The notes under the pieces were generated by a model that ran no database searches, was not told where the DNA came from, and worked only from the letters and a program-made list of their open reading frames with translations. The translations under genes and the position numbers were made by a program. 64,000 nt of DNA, taken from assembly GCA_902791935.1 (NCBI GenBank), contig CADAXQ010000006.1:8129-72128 (forward strand), written 5' to 3'. Of this stretch, positions 39,316 through 49,070 are shown piece after piece. How positions within the stretch are numbered: position 1 is the first letter of the stretch; every line of letters starts with the position of its first letter. Source of the stretch: an uncultured Erysipelotrichaceae bacterium (GTDB lineage Bacteria > Bacillota_I > Bacilli_A > RFN20 > CAG-826).

Positions 39316-39344
39316 TTGACATCGAAAAAAGTTCGATGATAACT
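39316..39344 (+). promoter_or_regulatory. Candidate ppa promoter
   Basis: TTGACA-N17-ATAACT, with a possible alternative extended -10 (TGaTAACTA). It would leave a ~115-nt leader before ppa. Confidence 0.5.
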
Positions 39345-39460
39345 AGCTTTTTAGCGCCATGCAAAATTCAGGGAGGTTTTTCTCACTTCCGATGCGCCGC
39401 GACTTTGTGATGGCCCTATGATAAACTAGGGGTGAGAGAAAATCGTGTGAGGTATCTTTT

Positions 39461-39997
39461 ATGAATCTATGGCATAGCGTCGATAAAAGACGTATTACTC
39501 CAGAGCGTTTCCTTGCTTGCATCGAAATCAGCGCCGGGAGCAAAAACAAATACGAATTAGACAAAGAGACAGGGGCGTTAATCCTAGACCGTATCTTATA
39601 TACGGCAACGCATTATCCCCAAAACTATGGGTTTATTCCCCACACGTTAAGCGAAGATGGTGACCCGTTAGACGTTTTGGTTATTTGCTCGGAACCCATT
39701 GTTCCTTTAGCTTTAACCGAAGCTTATCCGATCGGCATCTTAGAAATGGAAGATACAGGCAAACTAGACGAAAAAATCATCGCGGTTTGTTCGCATGATC
39801 CCATTTATCAAAACTTCCACGATATCTCCGAATTGCCTGCCCACGTTTCGGAAGAAATCTCTCATTTCTTCACAGTTTATAAAGAGTTGGAACACGGCAA
39901 GACCACCGTTGTGAAAGAAATGCGTGGTGCCGAAGCGGCAAAAGACGCCATTCGAAAAGACATCCTTGCCTATGAAAAAGCGTTCCCATCTCGTTAA
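39461..39997 (+). CDS. ppa: Inorganic pyrophosphatase, family I
   Basis: 178 aa with EISAGSKNKYELDKETG, YPQNYGFIP and DGDPLDVLV motifs. Confidence 0.9.
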   Translation: MNLWHSVDKRRITPERFLACIEISAGSKNKYELDKETGALILDRILYTATHYPQNYGFIPHTLSEDGDPLDVLVICSEPIVPLALTEAYPIGILEMEDTGKLDEKIIAVCSHDPIYQNFHDISELPAHVSEEISHFFTVYKELEHGKTTVVKEMRGAEAAKDAIRKDILAYEKAFPSR

Positions 39998-41427
39998 CGC
40001 GGGGCTTTGACTTTCGTGGCGTTATCACAAAGACGTTTCGTTTCGGGCGAAACGTTTTTTAAATGGATGGTTTCGTAAGACTTGACGATGGCTTCGCCAG
40101 GAGTACGTCCGGCACGGACGTTCTTTCGTTCCGTCATCATGACGTCTCCATCCAATTGATGTGATTCATAAAGGCAGATTTCCGCGGCCGTACGAATTAA
40201 GGCATCCGTGGGGTGATCGGACTTAATCATGACATGGCTGCCACTTCGGCCTAAGATATGGAACCAAAGATGGGCAGGAGCGGTGTCATAAACAAAAGAC
40301 AGGAACGAATTTTGCTTGGCGCTTTTGCCAAACACGATACGCACCCCGTCTTTTTCAATTTCATAGGGCAACAAGTCGTGAGAGAACAAAGAAGTGCTGG
40401 AAGCTTGCTTTTTAGCGTTGGACTGTTTTGAAGAAATATGGAGTTGCTTTGAAAGTTCATCTAACGCGCTTTCATCGGCTTGGGGCAATGCCGCTAACGT
40501 TGTTTGTAACGTTTCTTGTTCTTCTTTGGCTAGCGTTAAAAAATGTTGGCTTTGTTGCAGGGTTTCTTTGGCTTTCTTGGCCCGACGATAATACGTTTCG
40601 GCATTTTGGGCTAAAGTCTTGGCAGGATCTAGCATAATCGTTTGGCCTTCGTAGACAAACGAAGTCTGCTTCGGGCTTAATTCGCCCCAAGACGTATAAA
40701 TTGCATCGCCTTTTTGCCCATCTTGTAAATGAGTCGACGCTTCATCGTAGTCTTGTTGCAGTTTTTCAATCTTACGGGTTAACCGTTTTTCTCTTTGTTT
40801 TAACGCTTGAAATAACGGGGCATATTTCTCTTTTTTTCGCGATTCGGTCAATAAAGTCTCGGCAGAGTGGCAACGGGATAAGAATTCCATGCAATCAAAA
40901 GAAATAGTCGGGGTGACTACGTTCCCAGGCGTTTCTGGTAACTCATAACGAAGCCCTTTTCCTAGGGGTCTCTTGGTTTCTAAACCGCTAGGACGGAATA
41001 CATAAAGAATCGTTCCTGACTCGTTCGTTAAGACGAGATTCGGATGATGGGGGATCATCTCGGCATAAAGAATATGCTTCTCTTCTTTATAGACGTCGTT
41101 AATGCGGGTATAGACGATTTTTAAGATACGGTCATTCGGGACCAAATCGACCGATTCCACAAAAACGTTCGCGAGTTCTTTTCGAAGGGAATCGACGCTT
41201 TTGCCATCTAACGAATGGCCCTCTAACGATTCGTCCGTGAGGTATATCCTCGGAAAATCGCCATTGAGAGACAAAACTAATCTTCGATATTTGGCGTTCG
41301 AAAGACGAAAGAAGAACGTATCCTTCGCATAAAGCAAAGGAGAGGCCAAATATCGGCCTTGTAATTCTTGTTGCAAGAAAGGCAAATACGCTTTCCATTC
41401 ATTTTCATTTAAACTCAGATTTGCCAT
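39994..41427 (-). CDS. rqcH: NFACT-family protein (RqcH / fibronectin-binding protein A-like)
   Basis: N-terminal NFACT-N-like region, a central coiled coil, and a C-terminal NFACT-R/DUF814 region (LWFHILGRSGSHVMIK). Its position upstream of gmk matches B. subtilis yloA synteny. At 477 aa it is shorter than typical homologues. Confidence 0.7.
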   Translation of the reverse strand: MANLSLNENEWKAYLPFLQQELQGRYLASPLLYAKDTFFFRLSNAKYRRLVLSLNGDFPRIYLTDESLEGHSLDGKSVDSLRKELANVFVESVDLVPNDRILKIVYTRINDVYKEEKHILYAEMIPHHPNLVLTNESGTILYVFRPSGLETKRPLGKGLRYELPETPGNVVTPTISFDCMEFLSRCHSAETLLTESRKKEKYAPLFQALKQREKRLTRKIEKLQQDYDEASTHLQDGQKGDAIYTSWGELSPKQTSFVYEGQTIMLDPAKTLAQNAETYYRRAKKAKETLQQSQHFLTLAKEEQETLQTTLAALPQADESALDELSKQLHISSKQSNAKKQASSTSLFSHDLLPYEIEKDGVRIVFGKSAKQNSFLSFVYDTAPAHLWFHILGRSGSHVMIKSDHPTDALIRTAAEICLYESHQLDGDVMMTERKNVRAGRTPGEAIVKSYETIHLKNVSPETKRLCDNATKVKAPR

Positions 41428-41518
41428 CGGGACTTAATTATAACGAAATTTGCCATCTCTCGAGAAGAAAACGTCCGACCTATTGCCGTTTTTGCTGAAA
41501 AATGCTACCTTAAAAAAC

Positions 41519-42094
41519 ATGAAAAAAGGTTTGCTTGTCATTTTGTCGGGCCCTTCCGGTGTCGGGAAAGGTACCGTCCGACAGGAATTAATGAAAGATT
41601 CCTCCCTTCATCTTTGGTACTCTGTCTCCATGACGACACGTGCGATGCGCCCTGGGGAAGAAAATGGCCGAGAATATTATTTCGTCACGCCAGAAGAGTT
41701 TCAAAAGACCTTGAAAGAAGGGGGCTTATTGGAACACAACCATTATGTTGATCATGATTATGGCACCCCGAAAGCCAAAGTCGAAGAAATGCGTCAAAAA
41801 GGTTATAACGTCTTGCTTGAAATCGATGTGAACGGGGCGGAACAAGTCATGGCGGCGCTCGGGAAAGAAAACGTTTGTTCCATTTTCTTGTTACCGCCTT
41901 CGTTTGAAGAACTCGCCCGTCGGATCAAAGGACGTTGCACTGAATGCGACAAAGTTATTGCTGAACGATTAGAACAGGCAAAACGCGAAATCGCGAAACA
42001 AAGCGATTATCGTTACCACGTCGTGAATAACGATTTGGATTCTTGTGCGAAAACCATCGCTTCGATTATTCGAAAAGAAGCCGCAAACGATTAA
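41519..42094 (+). CDS. gmk: Guanylate kinase
   Basis: LVILSGPSGVGKGTV P-loop. Start trimmed from a TTG at 41450 to the ATG at 41519. Confidence 0.9.
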   Translation: MKKGLLVILSGPSGVGKGTVRQELMKDSSLHLWYSVSMTTRAMRPGEENGREYYFVTPEEFQKTLKEGGLLEHNHYVDHDYGTPKAKVEEMRQKGYNVLLEIDVNGAEQVMAALGKENVCSIFLLPPSFEELARRIKGRCTECDKVIAERLEQAKREIAKQSDYRYHVVNNDLDSCAKTIASIIRKEAAND

Positions 42095-42103
42095 AATAGA
42101 GAT

Positions 42104-44305
42104 GTGAAAATCTTAGATGTCCTAACGGAATACGGAACGCGGTCATTAGACCGTACGTTTTCCTATGCCTATGTCGGTACGAAACCGATTGGCCCTCGTT
42201 ATCGGATCAAAATTAATTTTAACGGCCATTTGGCCATGGGTTTTGTCATGCAAGTCCGGGAAACCCAAGACAGCCCAGAACAGTTCGAGGCACGGAATGG
42301 TTATCCCTTAAAAAACATCACCAATGAAGATGTGGTGGACGATGTCCCCTTAATGGATGAATCCATGATGACGTTAGCCAAAGAAGTCGCGGATTATTAC
42401 TTTGCCCCGTTAATTTCGGTCATTCAGGCCATGTTGCCGCTTTCATTATCCCCGAAGCTCTCATCCGAGCATGGACCTAAAATTGCTTATGAGCAATGGG
42501 TTCAGCTTGTTTCGGCTGATGAAAATGGGCTGACGGACAAGCAAATCGAGATGCTTCGTTTGATCGCGAAAAACACGCCGATTTTAAAAAAAGAGGCGGG
42601 TTCCCCAGCGATTTTAAAGAAATTAATCGAAGCAGGACGGGTCACCCTTTTCAAAAAAGAAAAGCAACGGTTACAAATTCCCGTCAATGAACGGGAAGAA
42701 CCCCATGAGATGACGGAGTTACAACGTCAGGCTTATCAAAAGATTTTGGATTCGTCAAAAGAAGTCGTGTTGTTACAAGGCGTTACGGGCTCTGGCAAAA
42801 CCGAAGTCTATCTTCGTCTTTCCGAGACGGTGTTATCCCAAGGGAAGACCGTTTTGATGTTGGTCCCGGAAATCAGTTTAACGCCGGTCATGGTGGAGTA
42901 TTTCTCAAGACGTTTTGGCCCCAAGGTTGCCATTTTGCATAGTGAGCTTACCCCGGGTGAGCGTTATGACGAATATCGGCGGATCGCCCAAGGCAAAGCC
43001 TCAATTGTCGTCGGGGCAAGAAGCGCGGTGTTCGCCCCTTTACAAAATATTGGTCTTATCATTCTTGATGAAGAACACGTTGAATCCTATAAGCAAGATA
43101 ACGCGCCGTTTTATCACGCGAGAGAAGTGGCAATCATGCGGGGCAAGCAAGAGCATTGCAAAGTCGTGCTTGGCTCGGCCACACCATCATTAGAAACAAA
43201 AGCCCGCGCTGTCAAAGGGGTGTATGGCTATGCCGAAATGAATCGGCGCATCAACGAAAAGGCATTGCCCAAAACCCAAATTGTGGATTTGACAGACCGC
43301 CGTAACTTCAACGCCAAGAGTGAGAAGCTCTCTGCTCCCTTGCAGGCTTTAATTCAAGAAAAGTTAAATCGACACGAACAAGTTTTGCTTTTGCTCAATC
43401 GCCGTGGTTATTGGACTGGCATCAATTGCCCCAAATGTGGCTATATCTTTACTTGTCCCCAATGTGGTGGCAACTTAACGTATCATCAAGAAGATTCAAT
43501 GCTGAAATGCCATCATTGCGGTTATGTCATGCGCTATCCGGAACGTTGTCCCGATTGCGGGAACACCCATTTACGTCGGATCGGTTATGGCACGGAACGG
43601 GTCGTAAAAGAGCTAGAAGACCTTTATCCTGGCGTACGGGTAGCTAGGCTCGATAGCGATGTCTCACGTGTTTCAAAGCAAGCCGTCGCGATTTTAAAAG
43701 CGTTCAAAGAAGGCAAATACGACATTTTGGTCGGGACCCAGATGATCGCGAAAGGCCATGACTTCCCGAATGTCACCTTAAGCGCGGTCGTAAATGCCGA
43801 TATTGGGTTGGCCTTACCCACCTATCGCGCGGCCGAACGAACCTTCGAACTCATCGCCCAAGCCGTTGGAAGAAGTGGCCGTTCTTCAAAGACCGGCATT
43901 GCCTTAATCCAAACCTATAACCCCAATCATTACGCGATCCGTTTTGGCGCTAGCCAAGACTATGAATCTTTCTTCCGTTACGAAATGCAACAGAGAAAAG
44001 TCGCAAAGTATCCGCCCTATGTTTATCTGATTTTGCTGGAATTCCAAAGTTCGAACGAGAATAAGTTAGTTTCGTTTGCTTACGACTTTAAGAAAGACGT
44101 CATGACCCAAGGATTTGCTGATGTTTCCGCCATTGGGCCGATTCTTCCTTATTACGCCATGCAAGATGGCATGCATAAACGCATCTTGTTACTTCGTTAC
44201 AAGAATCGCCAACAAATGGATGACTATCTTCATGAAGCCTTGCCTCGGCTGAATGGCTTATCGGGGGTGAAGATTACGGTAAATGTCGATCCGTTAGACT
44301 ACTAG
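42104..44305 (+). CDS. priA: Primosomal protein N' (replication restart helicase)
   Basis: 733 aa with Walker A GVTGSGKT, DEEH, and a Cys-rich zinc region (CPKCGYIFTCPQCGGNLTYH...CHHCGY...CPDCG). GTG start. Confidence 0.9.
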   Translation: MKILDVLTEYGTRSLDRTFSYAYVGTKPIGPRYRIKINFNGHLAMGFVMQVRETQDSPEQFEARNGYPLKNITNEDVVDDVPLMDESMMTLAKEVADYYFAPLISVIQAMLPLSLSPKLSSEHGPKIAYEQWVQLVSADENGLTDKQIEMLRLIAKNTPILKKEAGSPAILKKLIEAGRVTLFKKEKQRLQIPVNEREEPHEMTELQRQAYQKILDSSKEVVLLQGVTGSGKTEVYLRLSETVLSQGKTVLMLVPEISLTPVMVEYFSRRFGPKVAILHSELTPGERYDEYRRIAQGKASIVVGARSAVFAPLQNIGLIILDEEHVESYKQDNAPFYHAREVAIMRGKQEHCKVVLGSATPSLETKARAVKGVYGYAEMNRRINEKALPKTQIVDLTDRRNFNAKSEKLSAPLQALIQEKLNRHEQVLLLLNRRGYWTGINCPKCGYIFTCPQCGGNLTYHQEDSMLKCHHCGYVMRYPERCPDCGNTHLRRIGYGTERVVKELEDLYPGVRVARLDSDVSRVSKQAVAILKAFKEGKYDILVGTQMIAKGHDFPNVTLSAVVNADIGLALPTYRAAERTFELIAQAVGRSGRSSKTGIALIQTYNPNHYAIRFGASQDYESFFRYEMQQRKVAKYPPYVYLILLEFQSSNENKLVSFAYDFKKDVMTQGFADVSAIGPILPYYAMQDGMHKRILLLRYKNRQQMDDYLHEALPRLNGLSGVKITVNVDPLDY

Positions 44306-44420
44306 GCAAAGCAAGGGTTTTCATTGTTAACAAGACATTTTTTCTCTTCTTGACATGAAAAAGGTCTCTTCCTTAATAGGAAGATATGCTATACTTTTTC
44401 AAAAGGATTTTGCATTTTTC

Positions 44421-44975
44421 ATGATTACCATTGAAATCCTCGGGCTTGACCAATACGTCATTGGCCATTACTCCAAAGACCACACCAGCAATCTGGCCAA
44501 CCTTTATGAGACGAGCGAGGAGGACATTAATTTCTATGCCCCCTGCGATTCGTTGTTGTTTCATAACGGTGTGGAACAGACGTCCTGGGAGACGATTGTT
44601 TTTGTCAAAGCACCCGAGAAGTATTCTCGTTTCGAAGCGCTTGTCGCGAAGTATTTGTTAAAAACATTAGGAGAGTTTTCCATCCATTTGGAAATCAACT
44701 TCGACTATCTGCCCGAAGGAAAGACCTATGTGCAGATTAACCCAGACTACCCACGTTATCTTACGGAAAAGAACGTGGTGCAAGTCCACGAAGAAGACGA
44801 GATGGATATGGACGATTCGGATGAAGATGATGCCGATCCAAGAGATCGTGCCGACTTAGACCCGAATGATCCCAATCAAATCTATCTCGGAGACGTATTT
44901 GCTGGCCACCAAGATGAACTCGATGACCATCAAGAAAAGACGGAAGAAGCCTTGAAAAACAAAATCAAGCATTGA
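44421..44975 (+). CDS. DUF1904-like protein with a strongly acidic C-terminal tail
   Basis: The N-terminal ~110 aa resemble the DUF1904 pattern, and the C-terminus is Asp/Glu-rich (EEDEMDMDDSDEDDADPRD). An extended -10 (TGcTATACT at 44387-44395) argues for the ATG at 44421 rather than 44355. Confidence 0.45.
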   Translation: MITIEILGLDQYVIGHYSKDHTSNLANLYETSEEDINFYAPCDSLLFHNGVEQTSWETIVFVKAPEKYSRFEALVAKYLLKTLGEFSIHLEINFDYLPEGKTYVQINPDYPRYLTEKNVVQVHEEDEMDMDDSDEDDADPRDRADLDPNDPNQIYLGDVFAGHQDELDDHQEKTEEALKNKIKH

Positions 44976-44999
44976 GAGAATTCGGAGGTTAGTACGAGT

Positions 45000-46343
45000 A
45001 TGAAAGAATTCGATTTGGCTTTACAAACGTTGGACGACATTGTCGATAACAAGACACCGTTCAACGAGGCGTTACGGAAAATCTTCCAAACGCAGGTAGA
45101 CCTTCGCCCGTATCGTGGGATGGTCGCCGGCATGGTAGGTTGTGAATTACGCCATCACTTATTGTTTGAATATCTCACGAAAGATTTTGCGGATTTCTCC
45201 GTCGAAGATAAACGGGCATTAGCCTTGGCCTTGGCCGATCTTTACTTCTATAAGCACATCGCCCCCACCGATATGTTAGCAGTGCTGGGAGAAAAATTAG
45301 ATGCCGCAAAGATGGAAGAAGCCAAGCCGTTATTAGACAAGGCTGGTCAAGAAGGACCATTCATTCCCGAATCCATCGTCAAACACTCGAATCTCTATCT
45401 CTCACTTCGTTATAACACGCCAGAATGGGTGTTAAAGATCTTCCAACATTACGGTTATGGTGTGACGTACAAGATTTTACGGAAGAACAATCGCCCGTTT
45501 GCGACGACCGTTCGCGTTCGTACTTCCGTCATGTCCGTGGATGACGTCAAATCCAAGAATCCGGATCTCTTCGTCGATACTGGTGTCGACGGGGTCTTGC
45601 TTTACCAAGGCAAAGAATCGTTACGCCGCAACCCGCTCATGAAGAACGGCACGTTATTTGCGGAAAAACCCGTCACGAAAGAACTCATCGACAAATATCG
45701 GATCTCGGAACCAAAACAACTCTTGATTTACGATGCGAACCCCGATGGCTCGTTACTTTGCGAAGCCGTGGAGAACTATGGCAGTGCCGTTGGCATGAAC
45801 TTAGCGGTTCCGACGCTTGATCACTATGCCGCTGTTTCGCGCCTCATCCACGCGAAAGGTCTTCATAACGTTAACTTCTTTGCCTCGAAGTTAGAGAACG
45901 CCTCGTTACTCGCTTCCGTCAAAGAAGCGTCGCAAGACTTGGCCATTGCTGCCCCGGCTTCTTCGAACTTTGACTTAATCCGCGAACAACCGGATTACCT
46001 CTTACATTTCGATAAAGAATCGATGGATGGCCTCTTTGCTCAAGAGAAGCAAGCGTTAGAAACGTTGGCTCCGTTCGTGGCAGAAGGTGGCACCTTAATC
46101 TATGCCATCTATACCATCTCGAAGAAAGAAGGACATCAAACCATCATTGATTTCTTGGCCAACCATCCCGATTTCCAATTCGTCGAAGAAGCGCAACGCT
46201 TCCCGTACGACAATGGCGAAACGGCATTCTATTATGCGGTGCTTCACAAAGCGACACCAGTCGCGAAAGCCACCCCGAATCTTGGGGTGATGGCCTCCGA
46301 AGGCATGACCCCCGAATTCCAACTCGGCGCCGATGCAAAATAA
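45000..46343 (+). CDS. RsmB/Sun-like protein (NusB-like N-domain plus degenerate m5C methyltransferase domain)
   Basis: Position and architecture match rsmB, but the motifs read IYDANPDGSL (motif I), AAPASSNFDLIREQPD (motif IV, PCS to PAS) and GGTLIYAIYTIS (motif VI, TCS to TIS). Confidence 0.65.
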   Translation: MKEFDLALQTLDDIVDNKTPFNEALRKIFQTQVDLRPYRGMVAGMVGCELRHHLLFEYLTKDFADFSVEDKRALALALADLYFYKHIAPTDMLAVLGEKLDAAKMEEAKPLLDKAGQEGPFIPESIVKHSNLYLSLRYNTPEWVLKIFQHYGYGVTYKILRKNNRPFATTVRVRTSVMSVDDVKSKNPDLFVDTGVDGVLLYQGKESLRRNPLMKNGTLFAEKPVTKELIDKYRISEPKQLLIYDANPDGSLLCEAVENYGSAVGMNLAVPTLDHYAAVSRLIHAKGLHNVNFFASKLENASLLASVKEASQDLAIAAPASSNFDLIREQPDYLLHFDKESMDGLFAQEKQALETLAPFVAEGGTLIYAIYTISKKEGHQTIIDFLANHPDFQFVEEAQRFPYDNGETAFYYAVLHKATPVAKATPNLGVMASEGMTPEFQLGADAK

Positions 46344-46369
46344 CGATTTCTACTTTATGACCACATCCT

Positions 46370-47422
46370 ATGAAAAAGAATTTATTTGGTTACACGCTTT
46401 CCGCGCTTGAAGACGAAATGGTTTCTCTCGGTGAGAAACGTTTTCGCGCCACCCAATTATTTCAATGGATGTATGGGAAAAACGTCTATGACTTCGACAG
46501 CATGACTGACATGTCGAAGTCTTTTCGTTCGTTACTTGGCGAACAATATGAATGCGTTTTGCCTTCCATCCATACGGAACAAGTCGCGAAAGACGGCACA
46601 ATTAAGTTGCTCTTAAATATGAGCGACGGCGCCAAAGTCGAAACGGTTTTGATGCGGTATGACTATGGGAACGCCATTTGTGTCTCTAGTGAAGTCGGTT
46701 GCTCGATGGGTTGTGCTTTCTGCGCCTCTGGCTTATTAAAGAAAGAACGGAATCTCACCGCAGCCGAAATGATCGGAGAAGTCCTTGTGATGAATGCCCG
46801 CCTTGCGGAAGTGGGGGAACGCGTGAGCCATATTGTCGTCATGGGCACGGGCGAACCGTTCGATAACTATGACGAAGTTTCGAAGTTCATCCATATCGCG
46901 AATGAACCAAAAGGCCTTGGGATTGGGGCAAGGCATATCACGGTTTCGACCTGTGGCATCGTGCCGGGTATCGAACGGTATGCGAACGAAGGCATCCAAG
47001 TGAATTTAGCCATTTCCTTGCATGCTCCTAACACTGAGATTCGTTCGGCTTTGATGCCAATTAACCGGCACTATCCGTTAGAAACGTTGCTTCCTGCCGT
47101 GAAAGACTATGTCGAAAAAAGCGGCCGTCGTGTCACCTTCGAATATATTTTGATCAAAGGCGTCAATGACCGCGAAGAAGATGCGAAAGAGCTTTGTGAA
47201 CGGCTAGCAGGCATTCTTTGTTATGTGAATTTAATTCCGTTAAACCCCGTTCCCGAAAAACCATTCGAACGGAGTGAACCGACGACGACGCGTCGTTTTG
47301 CGGAATATTTGAACGCTCATGGCGTCAATTGCACGGTCCGAAAAGAATGGGGCACTGGCATCGATGCTGCTTGTGGACAATTAAGAGCCAAAGCGAAAAA
47401 GGAGGAGAACCATGGCCAATGA
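46370..47422 (+). CDS. rlmN: 23S rRNA/tRNA A2503 methyltransferase, radical SAM
   Basis: CSMGCAFC radical-SAM motif and a conserved C-terminal IDAACGQL. Confidence 0.9.
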   Translation: MKKNLFGYTLSALEDEMVSLGEKRFRATQLFQWMYGKNVYDFDSMTDMSKSFRSLLGEQYECVLPSIHTEQVAKDGTIKLLLNMSDGAKVETVLMRYDYGNAICVSSEVGCSMGCAFCASGLLKKERNLTAAEMIGEVLVMNARLAEVGERVSHIVVMGTGEPFDNYDEVSKFIHIANEPKGLGIGARHITVSTCGIVPGIERYANEGIQVNLAISLHAPNTEIRSALMPINRHYPLETLLPAVKDYVEKSGRRVTFEYILIKGVNDREEDAKELCERLAGILCYVNLIPLNPVPEKPFERSEPTTTRRFAEYLNAHGVNCTVRKEWGTGIDAACGQLRAKAKKEENHGQ

Positions 47423-48191
47423 CGAAGAAATTTATCATGGGACTTATTCCTATAAAACGGATATTGGACGCGTCAGAAAGTCCAACGAAGACCAAGCGAT
47501 TGTCTTAATGAACTCGCAAGACGAGATTTTTATGGCCGTGTGCGATGGCATGGGCGGCGCCATGAAAGGCGACGTTGCTTCGAAACTTGCCATCGATACG
47601 TTATCGGCTGCCTTTAAGAAGAAAAAACGCTATAGCTCACACTATTGGGATAAATCGTGGTTCCGTCGCGTCTGTAAAACCATCAACCATAAGATTTATA
47701 CGATGGGGGATCACGCTTCGCAAAGCGATGACCCGAAGAAAAACGGCATGGGCACCACGATGGTGGCAGTGTTAATTTCTCCAGGACATATGTTAGTCGC
47801 AAATATCGGAGATTCACGTGCCTATCGCTTAAAGAATCGGAAGTTAGAGCAACTGACTGAAGATCAAACGTATGTGGCCTATCTCGTTAGAGCTGGGAAA
47901 ATCACACCTGAAGCTGCGATGACTCATCCTGACCGCCATGTCTTAATGAATGCGCTAGGCATTTATCCTTCTTTATCGATTTCCTTAAAAGACTACGAAT
48001 ATCATGGCGAGACCATCATGCTTTGCTCCGATGGACTTTATAACAACCTCGAAGAAAATGAGATTGCGAACATTCTTTCGACGGACGAAAGAAGCGATCA
48101 AAAAGTCATGACATTGATTGCGACCGCGAACCACGCGGGCGGATCGGATAATATTGGTATTGCCTTGTGGGAGTGCATTACGCATGATTGA
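47412..48191 (+). CDS. stp: PP2C-family Ser/Thr phosphatase
   Basis: Motifs VCDGMGG, GTTMV, NIGDSRAY and GGSDNI. Confidence 0.85.
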   Translation: MANDEEIYHGTYSYKTDIGRVRKSNEDQAIVLMNSQDEIFMAVCDGMGGAMKGDVASKLAIDTLSAAFKKKKRYSSHYWDKSWFRRVCKTINHKIYTMGDHASQSDDPKKNGMGTTMVAVLISPGHMLVANIGDSRAYRLKNRKLEQLTEDQTYVAYLVRAGKITPEAAMTHPDRHVLMNALGIYPSLSISLKDYEYHGETIMLCSDGLYNNLEENEIANILSTDERSDQKVMTLIATANHAGGSDNIGIALWECITHD

Positions 48192-49068
48192 AATCGGAGA
48201 TAAAATCGACGATCGTTACCGCATCACGAGCCGGATTGCTCATGGCGGAATGGCCGATGTTTATGAGGCCTATGATTTAGCCATGCGCCGCATTACCGCG
48301 CTAAAAGTCATGCGGGAAGACATGATGGGCGACCCGAAAAATATCGAACGTTTTAATCATGAATGCGATATTGCTGCGCAACTCAATCGCAGTAAGTATG
48401 TCGTTGAATTCTATGGTTCAGGCATGGTGGATGGCCGTCCTTATATGGCAAACGAATATGTCGAAGGACGGACGTTGCGTGACAAATTAAATATTGTCTC
48501 TGGCCATAATTTGCCCGCGAGCGAAGCTTGCGAAGTCATGATTCAGCTTGCCTCTGGCATCGCGTATGTTCATAGCCGGGGCGTCATTCATCGCGACATC
48601 AAACCGGATAACTTGTTCTTGTTGTCCGATAATTCTGTGAAAATCACGGATTTTGGCATTGCGAGCCGCATTGGCGAAAAACAACATGATGGCGATGGCG
48701 TGGCAGGGACGGTCTATTACTGCGCCCCCGAAGTGTTGATGGGCCAAGAAGCCAGCGTGGCATCGGACATTTATTCTTTAGGCGTCGTCTTTTATGAAAT
48801 GTTAACGGGCACGATTCCTTTTGATGAGCCGTCGGCTGAAGAAATCGCGGTAGACCACATCAAAAAGAAGTTCCCAGAGCCTTCCAAACGTCTCTCTTCC
48901 ATTACGCCTGCGCTTGACCGCATCGTGATCAAAGCATGCCGCAAACGCCCGGAAGAACGATATACCTCGGCATTAATGATGCGTGACGCCATTGCTAACG
49001 TGATGAAAGACCCGGCAAATTTCAAAGAAAAAAAGTCGTGGATTGCGCGCTTATTCGGATTTAAATAA
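48184..49068 (+). CDS. prkC: Hanks-type Ser/Thr protein kinase, catalytic domain only
   Basis: GGMADVY...ALKV, HRDIKPDN, DFG and APE motifs. It ends ~25 aa after the kinase domain, with no TM helix or PASTA repeats. Start trimmed to the ATG at 48184, overlapping stp by 8 nt. Confidence 0.85.
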   Translation: MIEIGDKIDDRYRITSRIAHGGMADVYEAYDLAMRRITALKVMREDMMGDPKNIERFNHECDIAAQLNRSKYVVEFYGSGMVDGRPYMANEYVEGRTLRDKLNIVSGHNLPASEACEVMIQLASGIAYVHSRGVIHRDIKPDNLFLLSDNSVKITDFGIASRIGEKQHDGDGVAGTVYYCAPEVLMGQEASVASDIYSLGVVFYEMLTGTIPFDEPSAEEIAVDHIKKKFPEPSKRLSSITPALDRIVIKACRKRPEERYTSALMMRDAIANVMKDPANFKEKKSWIARLFGFK

Positions 49069-49070
49069 TC

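Noticed and set aside
38333-39997. Convergent gene pairs whose stop codons overlap by 4 nt (ATP-grasp/lipoprotein at 38333-38336; ppa/rqcH at 39994-39997), with no terminator between them.
   Set aside because: The observation is real but common in compact genomes. I saw no evidence of special function.
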